A stretch of DNA of 64,000 nucleotides, taken from assembly GCA_964624665.1 (NCBI GenBank), contig CAZUZG010000001.1:7310-71309 (forward strand). Direction: 5' to 3'. Shown here one piece after another: positions 8,643 through 18,505 of the stretch; the first letter of the stretch is position 1; each line of letters starts with the position of its first letter. Source of the stretch: an uncultured Candidatus Saccharibacteria bacterium (GTDB taxonomy: Bacteria > Patescibacteriota > Minisyncoccia > Phycocordibacterales > UBA9973). The notes under the pieces were generated by a model. The model was not told the origin of the DNA. It saw only the letters and a program-made list of their open reading frames with translations, and did not search any database. The position numbers were made by a program, and so were the translations under genes.

Positions 8643-8712
8643 GATGAAAATTATTTAGTTTTTAATTTCTGTATTATTAATCTCATTAAATAGAAAATTT
8701 AATGAGAGTTCA

Positions 8713-9351
8713 TTAAAATGAACTGCTCTTTTTTACTGAATCAATAAAAATTTTTTCATTCTTTTTATTTTGAAGATCAACCTCAATTAGATTATTTTCT
8801 TCTTCAATCTTGTTGGAAATCCAACAAACAACTCTAAAGCCTCTTTTTTCAGTTTTAATTCCTAATCGAATTATTTTATTCCCCTTTTCCCAAATATAAT
8901 ACCAACGAATCCAATCTGTCGCCTCATATGAGCTAATCGATGGTCCTGTTTCACCATATTTTTCTATTATAGAATTTAAGAATCTTTCCAGATAATTTGC
9001 AAAGCAGGTTGAGTCTTTTAAATCGGCAGGGCTTAAAAAATTAGTTAAGGTGTCGACACCAATGAATTGAATTTTATACAGTTCATTATACTTATTAAAA
9101 AATGGAGTCAATAAATAATTGTCTTTACCGGCTATCAATACTGTATCTGTTTGATTAACAATTTTAAATTTGTCAGCAGATATTCCAAAGTTAATTGACC
9201 CATATACTTTATTCTCATCTTCATTTTTAGAAAAAAAAAATTTTCTTTCAGCAGAATTACTATCTAAAGAAGTTGGATTATCATCAATCTTCTCCGGCTC
9301 AGAATTACAAGCATAGAAAAACACTATAATAATTAAGGGTAAATATTTCAT
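8713..9351 (-). CDS. Lipoprotein (hypothetical)
   Basis: Signal peptide with lipobox IIIVFFYAC-NSE. Confidence 0.55.
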   Translation of the reverse strand: MKYLPLIIIVFFYACNSEPEKIDDNPTSLDSNSAERKFFFSKNEDENKVYGSINFGISADKFKIVNQTDTVLIAGKDNYLLTPFFNKYNELYKIQFIGVDTLTNFLSPADLKDSTCFANYLERFLNSIIEKYGETGPSISSYEATDWIRWYYIWEKGNKIIRLGIKTEKRGFRVVCWISNKIEEENNLIEVDLQNKKNEKIFIDSVKKSSSF

Positions 9352-9414
9352 TTTCTATGCTTGCTTTTTATGAGTTCTTTGTATTTATAATTAAACTTAA
9401 GAAAAAAATCTCAC

Positions 9415-12400
9415 TTATTCCTTCTTCGTTCTCTTTATTGAATCATAAACAATCTTAGAAATAGCATCCCTCTTGTTTTTTTTATCTTCCTCCGACAATT
9501 CCTCAAAGTTTACTTTCACCCGATACCCCTTAACTGTTTCCTCTGATGTACTTTCTTTTGCAATTACATTCAATAAATAATCTTGTATTTCACCTGGCTC
9601 AAAAACAAAGACTCTTTGAATATCCACTAAGTCAATATTAGCCTGGACAGTTTTTCTAATTTTCTCAATGTTCTTTTTTTCAGTTGGGCAGACTATAACA
9701 AAATTATAACCTGCCTTTAGACACTTCTTCACATTCTGTAATTCGTGCGCATCGCTTGTAGTAGAAGAAATTTCAACTGCAATTTTTAAATTGTTGCGGA
9801 TTAGCCCAACATCAACCTTTCCATTTGGTATCGCTTCTTCAATGGTTGCTTTAAAGCCAAAGGATTCGGCTATTCGTTTAATGAAGTTTTGAAAATACCG
9901 GTGTTCTGTTTCTTCTTTTTTAACTGGCGGCATCTTCGGTCCCTTTATAGCCTCAACTAAATTTTGGGAAACCTGATCTGATACAAATTCTTTTACTGTT
10001 TCTTTTTCAACTGGCTTCTCTTGTTTTATTGGCTTGGGTACTGATTGAACTGGCTCTGGCTTTTCTTCTTTTAAAGTTTCTGATTGGTAATAGAAGCGTG
10101 CAATTAATTCTTCAATCTCAGCTTTAGGTTTGCTGTATTTATCTCTCGAAAGATTTGTTATCTCTCTCCTTCTGCGCTTCCCTATCTCTGAATCTATATT
10201 CGGATTATTAAACACACTTAGGTTAAAGTCATTATCCGGCTTATCTATTTTTACAATCGCTTCTCCAGTTTCTAAATTCTGTAAGTTCTTTGAATCAAAG
10301 AAGGTAAAGCCATCGGCCAATTTACGGCTGTCTACTTCTCCTACCTTAAAGCAAATTCTTGTTCCGGCATTAGTTATTGAATTCGCTAAATCAACATCAC
10401 TCCTTGATAGTTGTAACAGGTCTTGGTGTGAAAGAGTAAGTCCCAAGCTAAATTTACGTCCCCCGGAAAGTATTGATTCCATTGAGGGGCTTAAAAAATA
10501 TTGGCATTCATCTACATAAACAAAAAAAGGTTTTCTATCTTCTTCTCTTATTAATTGTCTCGCAATTGCGACTTGATGTATTTTAGAGAGAATAAGGCTG
10601 CCTAAAAGATTGCTGTTCTCGATTCCAATCAATCCCTGTGATAGTTTTATCAGTAGTATCTTGTTTGAATTTACTATTTCATCAAAATTCAATCCGTCTC
10701 TTTGCGCAACCATATTGCGGATAAGTTTTGGGCGAAGGAATGAATCCAGGCGGGTTAATATCGGTCCGATTGAGTTGGTGCGTAATAACGGGTATTCTTT
10801 TTGCCAGTAATATACAATGCTTGGTTCGGTAACTGTTTTTAGAAATTCCGTCCTGAATGCCTTATCAACCAAAAATCTTTTTAAATCAATTAATGTGCCT
10901 CCGGCTTTGCTTTCAATAAAGGCGGCAACCGCATTGGCAAGTACGGCTGACATTTGTGCACCCCAGCCGGTTGTATATCTTTGGAATATAGAAACAAGGT
11001 CGGATGACAAAACATCCTTTTCAATTTCTGAATAGGCTTTCAAAATATTTATACCAACAGGAAACTCGGCGTCCGAGGGATCAACCAAGACTATGTCTTT
11101 ACACCTATTCTCCGGGATATGCTCAATTATGGAATCTATTAGATCACCATGTGGATCAAGCACAGCGCACCCTTTACCGCTTTTAATATCCTGAATTATT
11201 AAATTTTCCAAGAGCGTTGATTTTCCAGAACCCGTGACACCTATGACATGAAGATGTTTTAGGCGCTGGGTTGCACTTAGAGAAACTTTTGTTCCGCTAT
11301 CTCCGCAAACATTTTCGCCTAAGATAAAATCATGGCCTAAAGCAATGGCTGGCGCAGCTTTGGATTTCTTTGGTTCTGAATATATTTTTGTCGAGTTAAA
11401 TGAATGCGGAAAATGAACCAACGAAACAAGTTCTTCGCTGTTTAAAATCATTCCGCTTAAATGCGTTTGCCTTAATTTAAAGTCCTCATATCTTGTTTCA
11501 AATGGATAATCATCATGGGTTATTGGTATAAAGGCATTACTGCTTGGGTCTTTGAAAGTAGAAAAGGCCGTGCCAACATTAATGCCAAGTTCTAATACCT
11601 TTCGATCATCTAAACCTTGAACAAAAGTATTTACAACAACAGCAAATAAAGGTTTTGAAATTTTCTTCTTTGTCAGTTGTGCCATATCCGGCGCATCTGA
11701 AAAATATGATTCACCCTTGTGATTCATCACTGCCTTCACAATACTTTCAGACCAGGGCTTTTCAACTCCTTTAAATAGTACTTGCATGGCGCAAACTTCA
11801 CCATCCCGAAGATTATCCATTAGTCCCAACAATGCTATTAAAGGATCAAGTGAAAAACTCTTGTATGTTTTTATCGGGCGCATAAATTCTTCGGCAAGCC
11901 CAATACCATATATGGCGGAATTTCGTTCCTGAACTATGGCTTTGTTTAAGACTTCTTTTTCTTCTTGTAAAAAAGCATTGGGAAAAAATGTCTTTAATTG
12001 ATTGCGTAATTGATTAGCATCTGCGCTCCGGCATACATACTGGCAAACAATTCTCAGTTTGGTCCCGATTATCTCAAATGCAATTGGATATTTTGAATAA
12101 CTGAGCAGGGTTAAGAAACTTTCCGCTTCTTCTCCGCTAAATCTTTCGCCTTTCGGAAATGATATTTGTATTTCGTGATAGCCTGTTTGTCCGTCAAGCC
12201 TTTTAGGTTGGATATATTCTTCATCATCCGAAACAAAATTTCTATTAATATCCTGGTCAGATGAAACTACACCGACACTTTTAAAAAACGATTCAAATAG
12301 TCCGGTATTCGTCGGAGCATTATTCTGTCCCTTTGCATATCCTTTAAATGGCTTAAACGGCGGTTCTAATTCAACTGGATAGTCCCACAATAGCCAACCT

Positions 12401-12462
12401 CTGCCGCGACCTTCCCAGGAATAAAACTGCTCTGATATATTTTCGCCAAATGGTATATACAT
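9415..12462 (-). CDS. Large HerA/FtsK/TraD-like (DUF87-type) P-loop ATPase with ~400-aa N-terminal and ~300-aa C-terminal extensions
   Basis: Walker A HLHVIGVTGSGKSTL; KGCAVLDPHGDL motif; Walker B KPFFVYVDECQYF; LGLTLSHQDLLQL sensor region. Paralogous to ORF 60219..61514. The C-terminal region (GKVDVGLI..KIAVEISS..NFVIVCP) has an alternating beta/alpha pattern that could be a restriction-endonuclease-like fold; this is inference. Confidence 0.7.
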   Translation of the reverse strand: MYIPFGENISEQFYSWEGRGRGWLLWDYPVELEPPFKPFKGYAKGQNNAPTNTGLFESFFKSVGVVSSDQDINRNFVSDDEEYIQPKRLDGQTGYHEIQISFPKGERFSGEEAESFLTLLSYSKYPIAFEIIGTKLRIVCQYVCRSADANQLRNQLKTFFPNAFLQEEKEVLNKAIVQERNSAIYGIGLAEEFMRPIKTYKSFSLDPLIALLGLMDNLRDGEVCAMQVLFKGVEKPWSESIVKAVMNHKGESYFSDAPDMAQLTKKKISKPLFAVVVNTFVQGLDDRKVLELGINVGTAFSTFKDPSSNAFIPITHDDYPFETRYEDFKLRQTHLSGMILNSEELVSLVHFPHSFNSTKIYSEPKKSKAAPAIALGHDFILGENVCGDSGTKVSLSATQRLKHLHVIGVTGSGKSTLLENLIIQDIKSGKGCAVLDPHGDLIDSIIEHIPENRCKDIVLVDPSDAEFPVGINILKAYSEIEKDVLSSDLVSIFQRYTTGWGAQMSAVLANAVAAFIESKAGGTLIDLKRFLVDKAFRTEFLKTVTEPSIVYYWQKEYPLLRTNSIGPILTRLDSFLRPKLIRNMVAQRDGLNFDEIVNSNKILLIKLSQGLIGIENSNLLGSLILSKIHQVAIARQLIREEDRKPFFVYVDECQYFLSPSMESILSGGRKFSLGLTLSHQDLLQLSRSDVDLANSITNAGTRICFKVGEVDSRKLADGFTFFDSKNLQNLETGEAIVKIDKPDNDFNLSVFNNPNIDSEIGKRRRREITNLSRDKYSKPKAEIEELIARFYYQSETLKEEKPEPVQSVPKPIKQEKPVEKETVKEFVSDQVSQNLVEAIKGPKMPPVKKEETEHRYFQNFIKRIAESFGFKATIEEAIPNGKVDVGLIRNNLKIAVEISSTTSDAHELQNVKKCLKAGYNFVIVCPTEKKNIEKIRKTVQANIDLVDIQRVFVFEPGEIQDYLLNVIAKESTSEETVKGYRVKVNFEELSEEDKKNKRDAISKIVYDSIKRTKKE

Positions 12463-12472
12463 TCATTACAGA

Positions 12473-12967
12473 TTATATCCTCTTATTTCCCCTCGATATT
12501 TTTTGATTCCTAACAACTTCTATCGCTGCAATAATACTTTTATGCACCATTGCTTTGTAAGCTGTGTCTAAATGCAATTCGCCCCCACCATTACTTTCCT
12601 CTAATGTTCTTACTATGTCTTTGGCAATTGGAATGCTTGATAGCAGATCAAGTCCGGAGCTTGATGATTTAAACAGCTTCCAGCCGATATAATGGTTATG
12701 GATTTGATGGATGCAAAGAACATCAAAGTAATATGATTTAAATTCAATTCTTAAACCTTTTCTGTATGCAGAAAACAAACTTTCCTTTTTCCATATCAAC
12801 TTCATTTTGCTTTTCTGAAATTCATTATGGCGCAAAATTTCCATCACGACTTCATAAAATTCATCAGCCGAAATACCAAGATTATCCATTATCTCATTCC
12901 AACTCCCGATTTCTTTCGGTGGTTTGAACATACTGGAACCTGCATTAAATCCATCTGAAAATGACAT
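12473..12967 (-). CDS. Hypothetical protein (164 aa), middle gene between the J-domain protein and the ATPase
   Basis: 10-nt and 14-nt gaps to its flanking genes on the same strand. No motif recognised. Confidence 0.5.
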   Translation of the reverse strand: MSFSDGFNAGSSMFKPPKEIGSWNEIMDNLGISADEFYEVVMEILRHNEFQKSKMKLIWKKESLFSAYRKGLRIEFKSYYFDVLCIHQIHNHYIGWKLFKSSSSGLDLLSSIPIAKDIVRTLEESNGGGELHLDTAYKAMVHKSIIAAIEVVRNQKISRGNKRI

Positions 12968-12981
12968 TCTTTTCTTTTACG

Positions 12982-13977
12982 TTATTTATTCTCTATATCC
13001 CTTAATTCAATATATGCGTGCGATAAATCCAATATTTCTTCATCGGTTAAAGTCTTAGGGTCTCTTTCCATTAACTCTTGGATATACCAGTCGGCAACTC
13101 CGCCGTAATAACAGACTGTTTTTGTATTTCGGCCTAAAACTTTATCGCCCCATATTTCTCCGGCTATTAAATACAAAGGATAGAATACAATGCCTTGAAT
13201 GATCTTGGCTATCCATACTGGAATATCAAACAGCAAACTATGCCTTGCATTATTCCGAGCTTGATGGGAAGCAGTTTCATAGAAACCCAACCCTATATTC
13301 ACAAACCACCAAACGACCTTGTATATATCCTCCGGCATCCATGCCGCTGAAAGCGGTATGATAGCGAGGAAGCAGGAAATAATCTGTAGAACCCAAAAGA
13401 AACTGGCAATAGAAATTATTACGGGAAAGAAGAAGCCAATAAGGGATATTGGAATCATAATATACATGCTCATCATAATGGAGGTTAAGCATTGAGCCGG
13501 AATTTGATTTTCCAATTCATGCTTTAAATACTCTCTTACCTTAATCCCCTGCGTTATTATTATATCTTTCATTTCCAACTTAAATCCGGTAGCCACAACT
13601 TCTTCCCATATCTCCCTTAGCTTGTCTTGCATCATCGATGCTTTTTCCCTCAGATATTCCCCAGGGTCTTTAGGCGATTCCCAAGCACTCTTATCTACCT
13701 TTTCTTCTACATGATATTCACCTTTGACATACCTGGTCAATAATTCAATACATGGTTCAATGCTTTGAAAATTCTGAGTGTATTTCCTTGTAAGTTCGGC
13801 GTTGTCTAATTTTTCAATTTTATCCGGATGCCATTTAATGGAAGCGCGCTTTTTAATCTTTGGAATATCCTCAAGGGTAACTGAATCCAAGTCGGTTATC
13901 TCGAGAATTTCGAGAATCTTATCTAAGGTTATGTCTTCCATTGTCGGAAAGTTTAGATTTGATAGTGAATATACCAA
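12982..13977 (-). CDS. J-domain (DnaJ-like) protein with C-terminal polytopic membrane domain
   Basis: N-terminal KILEILEITDLDSVTLEDIPKIKKRASIKWHPDKIEKLDNAELTRKY contains the HPD tripeptide in J-domain context. Followed by at least 4 hydrophobic helices (IMMSMYIMIPISLIGFFFPVIISIASFFWVLQIISCFLAIIPL...). Confidence 0.7.
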   Translation of the reverse strand: MVYSLSNLNFPTMEDITLDKILEILEITDLDSVTLEDIPKIKKRASIKWHPDKIEKLDNAELTRKYTQNFQSIEPCIELLTRYVKGEYHVEEKVDKSAWESPKDPGEYLREKASMMQDKLREIWEEVVATGFKLEMKDIIITQGIKVREYLKHELENQIPAQCLTSIMMSMYIMIPISLIGFFFPVIISIASFFWVLQIISCFLAIIPLSAAWMPEDIYKVVWWFVNIGLGFYETASHQARNNARHSLLFDIPVWIAKIIQGIVFYPLYLIAGEIWGDKVLGRNTKTVCYYGGVADWYIQELMERDPKTLTDEEILDLSHAYIELRDIENK

Positions 13978-14134
13978 AATTTTAAAAAAAATTTGGTATT
14001 TTAAATAAATAGGTATAATTTTATACTACTCTAAATCCCGCCTCAATTATAGTGGGTCTTCCGCGAATAGACAATTTTGATCTCGTTATTGTTTCTCTCT
14101 CTTTCTCTTTAAAGGATTTAGTTAAATACTTAAT

Positions 14135-14374
14135 ATGGAAATGGCAAAGCAGAATGACATAAAAATATCACCAATTTTATTTAAAGTTATTGTTGGAATT
14201 ACTCTAATATCTCTGACGGCTAACATATATTTTGTGTTTAATATTTATATCACGAATAACGACACCATTATAAGAGGTAACACAGCCCCTATAAATGGTG
14301 TTGGAAACAATAGCCCAAATAGTAATGCTGGACCGAATAGTATAAACAATAGCCCAAATAGTGGAAACAAATAA
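14135..14374 (+). CDS. Small membrane protein with Asn/Ser/Pro-rich C-terminal repeat
   Basis: A TM helix (ILFKVIVGITLISLTANIYFVF) followed by SPNSNAGPNSINNSPNSGN, shared with the next gene. Confidence 0.4.
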   Translation: MEMAKQNDIKISPILFKVIVGITLISLTANIYFVFNIYITNNDTIIRGNTAPINGVGNNSPNSNAGPNSINNSPNSGNK

Positions 14375-14643
14375 TTGGAACTTAGATTGAAATATTTTAT
14401 ATGATTATATCAGGTAATGATTACAAAAAGCACTATAAAAATAATGCGAAGGATAACCTACAGTAGTCTATGGTTTATATTTTTGTTTTGTAATTTATCT
14501 TGTAACCAAGATTATAAAGGAGAAACCAATACCACAGACACTGAAGATGTTCCCGAACCTCCAACAAATATTGTAGGAAAAGAAAGCCCGAATAGTAATG
14601 CTGGACCGAATAGTATAAACAATAGCCCAAATAGTGGAAACAC
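14312..14643. repeat. 59-bp direct repeat (copies at ~14312-14370 and ~14585-14643, 1 mismatch) encoding SPNSNAGPNSINNSPNSGN in two adjacent genes
   Basis: TAGCCC(A/G)AATAGTAATGCTGGACCGAATAGTATAAACAATAGCCCAAATAGTGGAAACA occurs twice. Confidence 0.8.
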
Positions 14644-15475
14644 AATCGTTAATATTAATGCCAAAGAATTAATTTTCAATGTAAATAAAGATACTTGTGC
14701 CTGTCGTAAAGAAAATAGAGCAATGCTTGTTGGGCTGTTAAATGAATTAAATACATTTAATATTAACAACGGTAACAATTTTAAAATAACTCCAGATTAT
14801 GATTTACCGAATGGAAAATTCAAAGCAGTAAACGACGATATGTCTATAACTTTTTCAAGAGATTCAAAAGAACAAAATAATCTTATAATTGAATTTCAGT
14901 TTGGTTATGATGTAAGTGTGAAAATTTCCAACTTTGAAAAAGGCCGTTATAGAACACCAAAATCAGAAAAAGCCATTAACACTTTTACAGAGTTCATTAG
15001 CTCACTTCTTGAAAACGATTTCAAGCCTAGTAAAATAACTGGCGAAATATATGGCTATGCGGATAGTACAGATAATGATGTAATAAAGGGCTCTGTGTAT
15101 AAAGGTGATATTTGTGGACTTATAGACGAGAACATAGACGATCAGCCTTTCTCTATAAAAAAATTTGATGAATATGGAAGATATAGTGGTATCGAAGACG
15201 ATACAATATCCCTATTATCGAATTATACACAATTAAGGAATATTGATTTTGCATTTCTACGCGCATTCGATTTGAAAAAAAGTTTGTTAGACAACATTAT
15301 TGCCCCTAATCAAGATTATCCAATTATTGAACCACAAAGCTTATGGATTTGTGTAACTGAAATAAAAACTTCGAGCAATATGGCTAATAGAAAGGTTACT
15401 GCAACATTGCACTTCATAGGTAGTTTAAAGAAAACAATCGATAATCTTCGACTTTTAGACAAGAATAATAATTAA
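14417..15475 (+). CDS. Lipoprotein (hypothetical), carries the same SPNSNAGPNSINNSPNSGN repeat
   Basis: Lipobox FCNLSC-NQD. 352 aa. Confidence 0.5.
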   Translation: MITKSTIKIMRRITYSSLWFIFLFCNLSCNQDYKGETNTTDTEDVPEPPTNIVGKESPNSNAGPNSINNSPNSGNTIVNINAKELIFNVNKDTCACRKENRAMLVGLLNELNTFNINNGNNFKITPDYDLPNGKFKAVNDDMSITFSRDSKEQNNLIIEFQFGYDVSVKISNFEKGRYRTPKSEKAINTFTEFISSLLENDFKPSKITGEIYGYADSTDNDVIKGSVYKGDICGLIDENIDDQPFSIKKFDEYGRYSGIEDDTISLLSNYTQLRNIDFAFLRAFDLKKSLLDNIIAPNQDYPIIEPQSLWICVTEIKTSSNMANRKVTATLHFIGSLKKTIDNLRLLDKNNN

Positions 15476-15478
15476 AAA

Positions 15479-15500
15479 AAGAACCCATTAATGGGTTCTT
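15479..15500. terminator. Bidirectional hairpin terminator between convergent genes (AAGAACCCAT/ATGGGTTCTT)
   Basis: 10-bp perfect stem flanked by A-run (5') and T-rich (3') sequence. Confidence 0.6.
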
Positions 15501-15509
15501 TGATTCAGC

Positions 15510-15956
15510 TCAAATAATTTCTATTGGCACTGATGCTTTATACACTTTGTTTTCTGAGGATTTAGCAATTATTTTTATAAATAAAAACTGTCCTTTTTTA
15601 ATAGTGTCAGAAACCGAAAACCTAATTAGAAATTCTCTACAATCTCCCTCCTTAAAATTATGAGGAACAAAATAAAAATTTTGACCGCAATTATTGCTTA
15701 GATATTTCCCGGTATTAGTTGGATATATTCCTATCGGAAGCATAACTTTAATCTCGGCATTGATTGAGTCGTGATGGGTACAATGGTTTTTAATACTTAT
15801 ACCAATTTTGTACTTTCCGCTCGGCCGAATTTCCATTTTAGCATGAGAATATACTTCAAGACATTTTTTATGAGCAAATAATCGAGGTATTATAAGTGCA
15901 AGGAATATAAAAATTAGAATTGGATGTTGCCGTATGTGGTTTTTAATGGACTTCAT
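15510..15956 (-). CDS. Secreted hypothetical protein (signal peptide)
   Basis: N-terminal hydrophobic segment PILIFIFLALIIPRLFA. 148 aa. Confidence 0.45.
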   Translation of the reverse strand: MKSIKNHIRQHPILIFIFLALIIPRLFAHKKCLEVYSHAKMEIRPSGKYKIGISIKNHCTHHDSINAEIKVMLPIGIYPTNTGKYLSNNCGQNFYFVPHNFKEGDCREFLIRFSVSDTIKKGQFLFIKIIAKSSENKVYKASVPIEII

Positions 15957-16136
15957 CTTGAATAAATTAATTGGTTAAATCAAGATGTAACAAGGCGCTA
16001 TAAAAAACACCTATCCTGATTTAACCAATTAATTACAAGCTTTATAGTTCTATACTATTTGTCTAAGCCGATTATACAAAACTATTTTTACATTGTCAAC
16101 TCTACAACCATTTAGTACCAATGGTTGTAGGCCAAG

Positions 16137-17300
16137 CTAAATTTTTATTGGAGGTTTACTTTTCTTCCTTCTTTTCAATTCAATTTCAATTTCTGAAAGC
16201 TCAGCGTTTTTATTTCTAATATCCATTTTATGATTTAAAAAATGAATATATTTCATCGGACCAACGATTCTATTTAAAGCCGGAATAATTACAATACTTA
16301 TTCCATCGCCAATTTTATCCTTGAAATCATAGGCAGATTTATCAATTTTAACAGAAGCCCAAATCGAATTGTATAATGTAATCGTTAACGCAACGCAGTC
16401 TGGTAAATTTAAGAGGGTTATCAAATGCCCTCCTTCCCAACCATAGAATTCCAACAAGTCATCTTTTTTGTTTGGATCAAAGAAACTCATTCCGTGAAGG
16501 GGGATATTTTCCCGTTCTTCTTTTGTCTTTGCCCACATATATTTTCTTAATCTTTCAGCCTCAAGGCTTTTCACAAAATTTTCACCCAAAAATTTTGCTC
16601 CCATACCTAAAGCCATCTTTGCTAAAAATCTGTTTTCAGCAAAAGGAGTGAATTCAAATCCTACCTCAAGTACTTTTTTCTTAAATAACTTATTATTTAG
16701 TTTCTTTAATTCACTGGGAATTTCAGAAAACACATTACCTGGTGGCTTATCTCCATTTCCAAGAAACAGTTGTGAGCCTTTAAACTTCTTAATGAAAGAC
16801 CTAAAAATAGTTGGGTGCCATGCTTTATTATTACTGACAACAAAAAGAAAAGCGAACCCTTTATCTACATCACTCTTTTTTAAATATGGCGGTATTCCAA
16901 CCACCGCCGGATATGATTTTGAATCAGAATAAGGAATATGAAAATGGTAAATTGAATCACCTGTTGGTCCAATCCAAACATCACAAATTTTACCTTCATA
17001 GGTAACCGAGCTTAACTTCCCCATGTATTTTAAAGGCAGTACCGGATTATCTTCAATTTTCGCGTAATCTCTATAATGAGTTGATAATTGGGATTGCATA
17101 AACCAGCCTTTCACCGCAGGAGCATCGATAAATCTACCAGCAAGATTATTACAATTACCACACACATTTGGAATGGTAAAAAGGTTGTTTTTAGGTGTGC
17201 CAATTAAGGATTTTGGCAAAATATGTTCTTTGGAAAACCTATATTTTTCTCCCAAAGCTTTCAGCTCATCACTATCCCTTCCACAGTAAACACAAACCAT
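16137..17300 (-). CDS. HNH-endonuclease-domain protein with long C-terminal domain of unknown function
   Basis: N-terminal CVYCGRD...FSKEHILPKSL...VCGNCNN matches the CxxC...EHIxP...CxxC HNH zinc-finger nuclease layout. 387 aa. Confidence 0.55.
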   Translation of the reverse strand: MVCVYCGRDSDELKALGEKYRFSKEHILPKSLIGTPKNNLFTIPNVCGNCNNLAGRFIDAPAVKGWFMQSQLSTHYRDYAKIEDNPVLPLKYMGKLSSVTYEGKICDVWIGPTGDSIYHFHIPYSDSKSYPAVVGIPPYLKKSDVDKGFAFLFVVSNNKAWHPTIFRSFIKKFKGSQLFLGNGDKPPGNVFSEIPSELKKLNNKLFKKKVLEVGFEFTPFAENRFLAKMALGMGAKFLGENFVKSLEAERLRKYMWAKTKEERENIPLHGMSFFDPNKKDDLLEFYGWEGGHLITLLNLPDCVALTITLYNSIWASVKIDKSAYDFKDKIGDGISIVIIPALNRIVGPMKYIHFLNHKMDIRNKNAELSEIEIELKRRKKSKPPIKI

Positions 17301-17482
17301 TAAAACAATCGTTTATTTAATTCATCCTTTTCTTTTTTATCCATTTTAGTTTATTGTTGTTTGCTTCTTCCATAGAATAACAAATCGGCCCAGAAGCCTA
17401 TAGTATCATTAAACAGATTCAAGTATAAAACTCATTGCCTCAATTTTGCTAAATAATATCATAAGAAGGCTTAGGTGATTAC

Positions 17483-18505
17483 CTAATTTTCTTTACCGAA
17501 GTAATCGCAATCACCAGGTACTTTCCCAAAAAAAACAAAAGAGATCATCTCCATAATTGTTGGCAATTGTTTCCCTTTTTTATTTTTAAAAATTATTCTT
17601 CTATGTTTTCTACTGAAATTTTTATATACAACAGATTTAAAAAAAATGTTCCTTTCTGGAATCCATCCATCAATAAGCATTTGAAAATTAACAGGAAATT
17701 GGCAAGGCCCCCAAACTTTTCCATTAACCATTACCATTCTTGGTAGGAATGCCATTACTTGAGATGCATTTCTTTCCCATAGATTAGTATCGATTGTCCC
17801 ATTATTAGGAAGAAAAATTGCTACAGATTTTGGACCAATACCATTATTCCTAAATGAGGCGCATTGGATTATTTTAGAAGAATAGTTGATAATATCATGC
17901 GGATTTGCATTTGAAGAAACTATTTTTGAAAGAGTTTCTTTTTCTAATATGGTCACAGCGCTAGTCATTCCTCCAATCATATAGTCTGCTTGTTCAACTG
18001 TTTTAAAAAATAAATTGAACCCATTAATTTGATATTCACGTTCAAAATCAGCAGTTATATACCAAGGTTTAGTCTTGGTGAAGTTTGAGATACATGCCAT
18101 AAATGGCATAGGTAATTGTTTATGAAAGCCAACTATATGCAATTCCAAGTATGGAAAAGTGCCTTTAATTTTACTAATTGCTTTTGAAATATCTTCTGTA
18201 AGTTCTAACACAATTTCACCAAAACCGAAATTCTTATTTGCACTTTTAGAAAGAGAATCTGAAATGATATCATAGGTTTTCACTTTCTTTCCTGAATCAT
18301 ACCATTCAGCTACGCCAGTGTATGAAATATTTGCGCCTAATTCTTCAATATTGAATAATATGTGCTTATTAAAGTTTTCATCTACAGAAATATATGTGTT
18401 ACCCCTTTGAACTGATACCCTCATATCTGAATTTGATATGCATTGATTTACTCTAGCGATTGTTAATAAGAGAGTCATATTTATTTGCGCTTGCTTCCAA
18501 TGCAA
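17483..18505 (-). CDS. Hypothetical protein (340 aa)
   Basis: Long ORF with no recognisable motif. Confidence 0.45.
   Translation of the reverse strand: MHWKQAQINMTLLLTIARVNQCISNSDMRVSVQRGNTYISVDENFNKHILFNIEELGANISYTGVAEWYDSGKKVKTYDIISDSLSKSANKNFGFGEIVLELTEDISKAISKIKGTFPYLELHIVGFHKQLPMPFMACISNFTKTKPWYITADFEREYQINGFNLFFKTVEQADYMIGGMTSAVTILEKETLSKIVSSNANPHDIINYSSKIIQCASFRNNGIGPKSVAIFLPNNGTIDTNLWERNASQVMAFLPRMVMVNGKVWGPCQFPVNFQMLIDGWIPERNIFFKSVVYKNFSRKHRRIIFKNKKGKQLPTIMEMISFVFFGKVPGDCDYFGKEN

Noticed and set aside
10130-11186. Several 60-129-aa + strand ORFs antisense to the 1015-aa ATPase gene
   Set aside because: Antisense to a motif-rich coding region. No independent support.
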